Of a stretch of 64,000 nt of DNA, positions 54,604-64,000 are shown piece by piece. The stretch is from the human T2T-CHM13v2.0 reference genome, Homo sapiens, in assembly GCF_009914755.1 (NCBI RefSeq), contig NC_060938.1; one strand, written 5' to 3'. Every line of letters starts with the position of its first letter. Position 1 is the first letter of the stretch. A program made the translations under genes and the position numbers. The notes beneath the pieces are model-generated. The model ran no database searches. It worked only from the letters and a program-made list of their open reading frames with translations, and had not been told where the DNA came from.

Positions 54604-55522
54604 AAAATAAATATCTCCGGTGTTTCCTCTGACTTGCCCAGGGCTGCACAGCTCACAGGGGAGGGGTGGGGACCGGGACCTGGCACTTGGCTCCTGCTGC
54701 TCTGCCCTATGCCCTTGGGGACTTCTGGACAAGGGTGGGCTTCTCTGGGCTGACAGAGGAGACAGAGGCAATGGTGTGCTGGTAAATGGTTAACAACTGG
54801 CTCTCTGGAAAAAAATGCCCTAACTGTAGCAAAAAAAAAAAAGAGACTAGAACTGGCACATTGCAGATGATATAGGCATTTGCTGTCACTATCAGCATCA
54901 GCATCATTACTTGTCCTTTCAACAAATATTTCCTGAGCCCCTGTCGTAGGCCAGGCCCAGTGCTAAGAGGTGGGGACACAGTGGAGGGAAGACAGAAAGT
55001 TAAGTGTGCTGTTTCCATAAAGTGTGCTGACAGCCATATAGGAGCACTGGGGCTGGGGTGTCTCTACGGTGCCTGGGAGGGTCTCCTAGAGAAGGTGACA
55101 TCAAGCAGGTTCTGAAGGATGAGTAGGAGTTGGAAGGAGTTGGAAGAGCTCCTGCCCTTTGTGGAGCAGGAGAGGGAGGTGGTCCAGGGACCTTTCTGGC
55201 CGACCAAGCCTAGAGCCAATTGCAGTGAGCCATTGTGACATTGGACTTGAAACTGGTCACTGCGAGAGTATTTATACCATAGAAATTTGCAAATGCTACG
55301 GTTAGGGCATTTTTTTCCAGAAAGCCCGTTGTTAACCATTTACCAGCACCCCACTACCTCTGTCTCCTCTGTCAGCCCAGGGAAGCGCACCCTTGTCCAG
55401 AAGTCCCCAAGGGCATAGGGCAGAGCAGCAGGAGCCCAAGTACCAGGTCCCAGCCCCCACCCCTCCCCTGAGAGTTGTGTGGTCCTGGGCAAGTCAGAGG
55501 AAATGCCGGGGGTATTTATTTT
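54604..55522. repeat. Inverted duplication: arms 54604-54831 and 55294-55522
   Basis: Arms are reverse complements with ~21 differences in ~229 bp by manual alignment. Confidence 0.92.
55219..55356 (-). mobile_element. MER63-like hAT relic (its 5' part also copied at 54769-54831, +)
   Basis: Reverse complement GTGCTGGTAAATGGTTAACAAC...GTAGCATTTGCAAATTTCTATGGTATAAATACTC resembles MER63A. Confidence 0.65.
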
Positions 55523-57101
55523 AAAAAGTGTCTATCAGGACTCTACATTATGCCAGGGGTCTCAAAGGTGAAAGAGGCATGAGTTTGTCCCTCAAGCAGC
55601 TCAGGAGGAGCTGGAGGAGGTTTCCTAGGCACGAGCTTATCCACACCATGACACATAGACCCTGAAGTGTTTTAAATCAATTACAAAAAGCAAAAATACA
55701 AGGAAGCTGACAGATCTTTACTTTGGGAGAAGTGGAGGCTTGGGAACAAATGAGATCATCAAGGTCTTTTTGTCCGTTTTCTAAGGAGTTGGGGTCATTG
55801 GCTGAGATCCTGCAGATCTGGAGGTACCAACATGAGACTCCGAGGGCCACCTCCTCTGCCCCTCCCTCCCCACCCCCTTTAAGGCCCTCTCTGGAATCCA
55901 TCCCTTTTCCTCCATCTCCCCAGACCTGGCTGAGGCCTCCGTTGTGCCTCTGGTCTGGTGCCTCAGCCCCCTCGCTTCCTGCTTCCAGATTTTGCCAACT
56001 GCCCCCCACCTTTGACCATGTCCAGGCATCCTGGCTCAAAAGCCAAGATGAGATCTATACTTGAGAGCGTATATGAGAGGGATGCAACTGAGGCTACCTG
56101 GAGTGCGTGGACACAGCCATGGCCTCAGGTCATCATCTCCCCCACGAAGCCTCCCACACCTCCTGTCCCCAACTTGGGCACACTTCCCACCACCTGGGAG
56201 ACCCCTGAGGGCAGGCACCATCTGTCCTTCACCACTATATCCCCCTATAAAGAGAGATAATGCAGTGAGGTGCCGGGGTTCAAATCCCAACTCCACCCAT
56301 CACCAGCTGTGTGACTCTGGACAAGCCACCTCTGTGTGACTCTGGACAAGTCACCTCACTGCTCTATTCCTCCAATTTTTATAAAATTGGGATAGTACCA
56401 GTGCCTGCATCTAAAATAGGTGTGGATTACATGAATTATTTCATGGAAAGTGCTTAGAACATTGCTTGGCATTCATAGTAAGCCTCCAAAAACTGAAGCT
56501 ATTATTATTCCCTGGTTGCTGGCCCAGACTAAGCACTCATAAATTTGTTGAATGAATGCAATGTAAACAGGGAAATGCTCTGTAAATGCTGGTGCAAGCT
56601 CATCAGCTTCGTTGTCGTCATCAGCATTGTCCTGATGCTATTCATGGTGGGTGTCCTGTCTGGAGCCCTGCTGGCTGTAGACCACCAATGTGGGCACAGT
56701 CCTAGCCCCTCGCTCAAGTAGGGTATGCGAGGACTCAGGAGACGTCAACAGACATTCACAGTATTTACACTGGGACCTTGGAACCAGTGTGGTTGAGTAG
56801 ACACCCGGAGGACAGAGTTCTGAGTTTATTTGGGAGGGGTTGCCGGGGAGAGTCAGCTGTCTGGAAAGGCTTCCTGGAGGAGGAAGATTTGCTAGAGGTG
56901 CTTGAGTGGTTGGTGCAAGGGGGCTTGTGGGGAACCAGAGCGTCCTGGTGTTTAGAGCAGCAAGGAAGAGGCTGGGTAAGGACAAAGGACATTGGGACAG
57001 ACAGAAAGCCTGACTCTAGAAAGAAGGGGCCAAGGTCACTGGAGAGGAGAGAGAGGAAGGATTAAGGACGATTGAGTGGGTCATAGGGGTTGAGGGCTCT
57101 G

Positions 57102-57853
57102 TGTAGGGAAAACAGTTTCCCACTCAATCCTTTCGATGCCACTGTGATTAAATGTGTGGGTTTATTTCCTCAGAAATTGTCTTACAATTCCGTTCAGTTC
57201 TGACATTATCTGCCCGGAGGCAGCACAGGATAAGAGCTCAGTCCCACAAGACTGCCGCCACTTCAGAACCCATCGCAAGTCTCAAGTGGCCTGCACTTCT
57301 GACCAACCAGCTGTAAGGCAGGGTTCCCACAACCCCCTCCACGGGTTCAGTAATTTGCTAGGATGGCTCACAGCATCAGGGAAACATTTACTTACATTAC
57401 TGACTTATAATAAAAGACACCACTCAGCCACAGCCAGGTGGAAGAGAGGCACAGACCCACACGTGGGGCAGGGGCCTGGAGCTTCGGTGCTGTCTCTGGG
57501 GGCACCACCAGCTCAGCACTTCCCTGCGTTCACCAACTCGGAAGCTCTCCCAATCCTGTCTTTTAGGGATTTTGATGGAGGCTTCATCATATAGGCATGA
57601 TGGATAATAAATTCAATCTCCAGCCCCTCTTCCCTTCCTGGAGGATGTGGGGTGAAAGTTCCAAGCTTTGTATCATGGCCTGGTCATTCTGATGACAGCC
57701 CCCATCCTGAGCCTATCCAGCCACCACCAAGAGCCACCTCATTAGAACAAAAGATGTGCCTATCATCTAGAAATGTCAAGGGAGTTAGGAGCTCCGTGTC
57801 AGGAACTGGTGTCAAAGACCAAATATGTATTTCCTAATATATCACGATATCAC
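57102..57853 (-). mobile_element. MER21-like LTR
   Basis: CTCAGTCCCACAAGACTGCC..CACTTCAGA, GGTTCCCACAACCCCCTCC, TTCAATCTCCAGCCCCTCT, ends ATATCACA. Confidence 0.75.
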
Positions 57854-57892
57854 AGGTTGTGAGAAGAATGCAATCAATGGTCAAACTCCAGA

Positions 57893-58212
57893 GCTGCACA
57901 CTCTCCAATATGGCAGTGACCAGCCACATGCAGTCACCAAGCACTTGAAAGGTGGCTGCTTCAAACTGGTATGCTAAGTGTAAATACACACTAGATTTTG
58001 AAGAGTTAGCAGGAAAAAATAATAATATAAAATAACTCAATGACTTTTTGTATTGATTACATATTAAAATAATGTTTTGGATATATTTGATTATATCTCA
58101 TATATAACCAAAATTGATTTCACCTGTGTCTTTTTACTTTTTTTAATGTGGCTACTAGAAAATTTGAAGTTACTTCTGTGGCTAACTTTATAGTTCTATT
58201 GGACATCACCGA
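57893..58212. mobile_element. MER33/MER3-like hAT-Charlie element
   Basis: TCCAATATGG..GCCACATG...GTGTAAATACACACTAGATTTTGAAGA...AATGTGGCTACTAGAAAATTT...CTATTGGACA. Confidence 0.75.
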
Positions 58213-58291
58213 CCGCTCTAGGCTATGGAAAATTCTGTAGAACAAACAACTGGAAGTTGGAAGAAAAGACAGTAAGAAATAGCAAGGAAGG

Positions 58292-59077
<786 letters not shown>

Positions 59078-59095
59078 AAGAAATAGCAGGGAAGG

Positions 59096-59546
59096 CTGTA
59101 GGTGAAAAGAAACTTAAGAGACCTATCAAACAACCCAATGTGTAAAGTCATTTGCATTCTGATTCAAGAAAACCAGCTGTGAAGAAAGTAGCGTGAAATT
59201 CATATGATTGAAAGTTGTAATACTTCCTGGATAGTTGATGCCATTTAGGAATTATTGTCAGTTTCTTCGAGATGTGATAATGGTTGTCTAGTTATGCTTT
59301 CTGAAATAAGAGTCCTTAGCTTTTAGAGAAGAATAGTGAAATATTTACAGATGAAATGACAGACATGCAGGATTTACTGCAAATATTACAGGAGGGGTAA
59401 GGTAGGTTTGGGCATAGAGAAAAAGATTGGCTGCGAGTTGGTAATTACTGAAGCTGGGTGAAGTATGTGGAGTTTCATTATGCTAGTCTATCTACTTGTG
59501 GGTATATTCCAAATTTTCCATAATAAAAAGTTAAAAAGCAAAAAAA
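59096..59546 (+). mobile_element. Old L1M 3' fragment (host of the retrocopy)
   Basis: GAAATATTTACAGATGAAATGA...GAAGCTGGGTGA...TTTTCCATAATAAAAAGTT. Confidence 0.7.
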
Positions 59547-61620
59547 AGAACCATCATCTCCACCTGAGGTTCTGGCCCAGACTGCTTATGTTCAAATCTC
59601 AACTCTAGTCTTGCTAGCTGTGCCTCTGTTTGCTCGTCTGCAAAATGGGGATGATAATATTAGTCCCTACATTGCAGGGGTTTCTCTGTAATGTGCTTAA
59701 AAATATGGAAACAATATAAATGAAATGAAGATATGTTGCAGGCACTTTGCACATTGTCACGGTGCTCCCAGTGCCTTGTTCCAGGGAGGTTATCCTTATT
59801 TACCAAGAGGTTAAGTCACCTGCCCTAGGTCTTCCAGTCAGTGGAGGCAAAGCCAAGACATGTCCCGAGTTCATCTGACTTCTGAGTTCAGGCATGACCT
59901 GAATGTTCTTGCCTCGGGCTCAGGGCTCAACATTTCCTGTCTTCTCTGCTTCTCCAGTCCTGAGAGATTCTGGGCCCGTTTCCCTGCAGATCAGCTCTAA
60001 GGAACATGCTTCTCTCCTGCTCCTTTCTAGAAAAGGCGTAACATTGGCAGAACCAGGAACTCTGGAATTCTGAAGGTTGACTCCCTCAATTCCAAGGGGC
60101 TCCACCTCCTGAGCGGAATTGGATAGAAGACAAAGGTCACATGGCTAGGGTGAGGCTTTGAGATGGGCGAGACTGTGAGCAGGACTGACAGGTCAGGGCC
60201 AGGACCCAGGATCTTCAGAAGCCACAGGGAGCAAGGCAGGGAGCAGCCTCCTTTGTGCCACACCCAGTGAAGGGGAACTTGCTAAGACAGATTTGTTCCT
60301 CCCATCTCCAGAAGAGCCGTTGGATGCCAATGGGTGAGGAGCTGAACCTCTGCAGACTCAGTGTGCTGATCCCATTGCCTCTGCTTGCATGCCTCTCAGG
60401 ATGGGGAGTTCACTGCATCCCCCTCTTTAAAGACATTACGGTTGTACAAAGGTCTCCAGAATCATCTGTTACATCCCCTCATTCTCCCAATGAGGAAATT
60501 AAAGCTCAGAGATGCCGAGGCATTTACCCAAGGGCACACCTGGTCCTGGGCCTACGACCCTTAGACAATATTCCTTCCACCTCTTTGCTATAGAGTCTCA
60601 GACTAGGGATCTTGGCTGGCTGAGAAATCAGGGAAGGCTTCTTAGAGGAGGTGAGATTGGAGGTGGCCCTTGTAGGGTGGCACTAAGATGTCGCTTGATA
60701 TCCTAATTTTTTTTTTGGCCCTGCCCACCATGTGTGTGCCTGTGCTGCCATGTCACACTAAGCAGAGTAAAATGAAGGAAGGAACGGATGAAAGGGGCAG
60801 GAAAGCGACTCCCAGGAGCTGAAAGGGCAATAGTATAGGTCCCTTCAGCACCTAGGATATGTTGTGGGAAGCCCTTAGACCCCAGATACTACCCTGTGCA
60901 GATAGGGATAAAACTCCACCTGTCCCAGCTCAGTGCTCTCCCCGGCTCCTCTGGCCTGCTTGCTGGGCAGGGCCCAAACCAGTTCAGGATTCCTTTTTCT
61001 CTGTGACCTACCAGTTAGGGTTCTCTGTTTACTGTGTCTCCTCCTCCTTGTTTTGTATACCCAGCTGGGTGGGAAGAAGGTCACAGCCCAGGTTTGCACG
61101 TGGTGGAGGAGCAGGGCCAGTAACTGGTTAGGCAGAGACCCCGCCCACCACCCTCCACTCCCACCCTAGCAGGGCCTGTGCCATCCCCAGGACACCGGAG
61201 ACCACCAGGGGGCTGGAGAGGCTGCGGGAGAAACAGCCTTCCTGGACACACCCAGCTACGGCTCACTTCCCAGCCTGAGCTGTTCCTTAGGAATTGCTTT
61301 TCTGGGAAACACACCCTCTTCCAGACCTGCAGCCTTCCTTTCTATGTGGTTTTTGGTTTTGCTCTCTGGTGAGGGTTTCTATTTTTTCCTGGTATACATG
61401 AATGGCATGCAGGAAAGTGGAATGAGGACATCATGACCACCATGCAAAGGCCATTGCTCTTAAGGTTTGATGTAAGCTCCCCACTCTCCACCCCCACTAC
61501 CCCTCTGCCTCGGCCTGGGGTATGAGGTCTTGGTTTTGACAATCAGACAATGTTAGCACACTGCTGTGTCTTCCACCTGCAATGGAGCACTGTAGGACGA
61601 TTTTAAAAAGCAAAGTGGCA

Positions 61621-61917
<297 letters not shown>

Positions 61918-62766
61918 TTACAAAGTGGCTGAATACCAAGATCCTAGGAACTAGGTTCAGCCAAACTGGCTGTGTGTCCTGGTAGAATGCCCACCCTCTG
62001 TCTCTGGGCCTCCATGCCCATCTCTGTAGCATGAGGGATTCTGATGAAATAATTTCCAAGAGCCCTTCCCACACTAATACTCCAGGATTCTGTAAGGTTA
62101 ATTTGGCAAGAATTCCAACGGCGGAAGAAAGATGGAGGGAGGAATATGTCCAGTCTAATAACCCTATGCTCAAGTCAGAAAGCCCCTCGGGCAGTGTCCG
62201 AGAGGGCTACAGCCCTGGCCCCAGAACCTGAGTCCCTCTAACCTGGGTCAAACCCCTAAAAGCCACTCCAGCAAGAGACAGGCAAAGCCCGGGCTCTTGC
62301 TCCAGGCTGGCATTGCCTTGCCGTGTGGCTGTAGACATCGTTTCACCTCTCGAGGCCTCAGTTTTCCCTTCTGCAAAAGACAGGCTGGGGGAGGTTGGGC
62401 ATTTTCTTCTTAACTACCAGGAGTCTTTCCTCCAATAAAATTGTGATGGAAACCGGATGTCACACAAAGGGAAAGGAAACACTGGCATTTCTGGAGTGTT
62501 TGAAGCATGTGAAGTATTGTTTAAGGGCTTTGCAATCATTAATGTACTTTGTGCTCACATTAACCCCACAAAGTAGGTGCTATTATTATCCCCATTTGAC
62601 ACATGAAGAAACTGAGGCCCTGAGGAGTTAAGCCACTTGTCCAAGGTAAAGAGTGGGAGCTGGGCTTCTGATAGGGAGTGGGCCTCAGTCATGAAACCAC
62701 AAGACTTGTGTAGTTCCAACCCCCTGGGGACATCTCCAGGCACTTGACCCATGCTCTTCCAACATT

Positions 62767-62981
62767 CATGTATGCACGCACACGTGTACACACACGTGCA
62801 CACACAAACACACACATGTGTGCACAAACACATGCATGCACACACAAACACATGCATGCACACACAAACACACACACATATATACACACACCAACACAAA
62901 CACACATGTGCACAAACACACGTGTGCACACAAACACACACATGCACACACACACACAAATGCACACACATGCGTGCACAC
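62767..62981 (+). repeat. Degenerate (CA)n/(CATG)n alternating purine-pyrimidine tract
   Basis: Direct reading. Confidence 0.9.
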
Positions 62982-63503
62982 TGTGGCTACTCCTCTGTAG
63001 CCTGCTGGCCACACTCGGCTCAAGCCCCAAATCAAAGGTGACTAGCAAGATTGCGAGACAGATTTCTGGAGATGGGAAACTGCGTCATCAAATTGTCTCA
63101 GGGACGGAACACCCATCAGAGCCCTGGGGGAGAGAAGAGACACGGGGTGGCTGCCAATTTTGCTGACCTATGCTGCTGACTTTCCAGCAGCCCCCGACTC
63201 CTGTGGCCAGCTGAGCCCAGGTCCAAGCTGCCCCCTGCACAGGGCTTGTTCCCTGGAGGGCTATAAGCCACAGCATCCCCTCCAAGACAGCCAGTCCTGT
63301 GAACCTGCTCAATCCCTCACTATTCCTTGGGGCCTGCCCTGGGAGAAGGGAGAGTTCCCTGGACCCCTTCTTGGGACTTGCGGTGACAGGGGTGTGGCTC
63401 ACTTGCTCAAATCCCTTGTGTGAGGGGAAGCATGCAAGCAAGTGGGTGCTGGGGCCGGGGCAAGCGCTTTTGGGCTCTGGCCCTACAGTACCGTCTAGGG
63501 TTG

Positions 63504-64000
63504 TGTTACAATTAATGCTCTTTTAGAAGTTGCCATTCACTGATGGCTAAGTGTTAACCAACTCAGTGGAGAGTGAGGGTGACAGCCTTTTACACCCTGC
63601 CCTCTTGGTACCTGGGTCCTTGTCTGGCATCCAGGAAGAATCAGGTCACACGGACTTGAAGGATGGTGAATGCAGAGGTTTTATTGAGTGATGGAGGTGG
63701 CTCTTAGTCGGGTGGGGAGCTGGAAAGGGGATGGAGTGGGAAGGTACTCTTCCAGATGGCTGAACTCTTCTCCAACTGTCCAGCTGCCTCTTCCACATTC
63801 AGACACTTCTTCTCTTCTCTCCTTCTCTGCCATGCTGCTCTGCTCCTCTGCCAGTGGAGTTTGGGGTTTTTATGGGTATAGGATGGGGGGCATGGTGGGC
63901 CAGGGTGGTTTTGGCAAAAGCAACACTCAGGTGGGAAAACAGGAATGTGAAGTTCTCATTTAGGGCCGTGGGCCCAGGCTTGTGGGTGGGGCTTTTGCCA
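63504..64000 (-). mobile_element. ERV1 LTR (MER52/LTR27-group), runs off window
   Basis: CAGGTCACACGGACTTGAAGGATGGTGAATGC..TTTTATTGAGTG..GGGGAGCTGGAAAGGGGATGGAGTGGGAAG. Confidence 0.65.

Noticed and set aside
62555-63166. His/Thr- and Cys/Val-rich ORFs (also near 16400 and 22100)
   Set aside because: Artefacts of CA/TG repeats

Overview
Human (primate) genomic DNA, recognised from memory as the 5' end of the bradykinin B2 receptor gene BDKRB2 (chr14q32.2). The window holds about 40 kb of repeat-rich upstream sequence, the TATA-less promoter, non-coding exon 1 (~40109-40208, + strand) and ~24 kb of intron 1. The coding exons lie beyond the right end. Exon 1 carries the three-unit (+9) allele of the 9-bp repeat with T in the middle unit, and the -58 promoter position is T. 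The only ORF with a recognisable protein is an intact CKS1B retrocopy (58357-58596) inside intron 1. The rest is Alu, L1, L2, MIR, LTR and DNA-transposon sequence plus simple repeats. I found no novel multi-gene system. The best new observations are (i) a ~0.8-kb inversion that splits an L1PA-in-MER4E nested insertion, (ii) a ~228-bp inverted duplication in intron 1, (iii) a 159-bp dispersed direct duplication, (iv) a perfect 56-bp tandem duplication, and (v) a hypothesis that the G/T base in the exon-1 repeat, rather than repeat length, toggles a 5'UTR G-quadruplex. Repeat subfamily names come from recalled consensus sequences and need RepeatMasker/Dfam confirmation.
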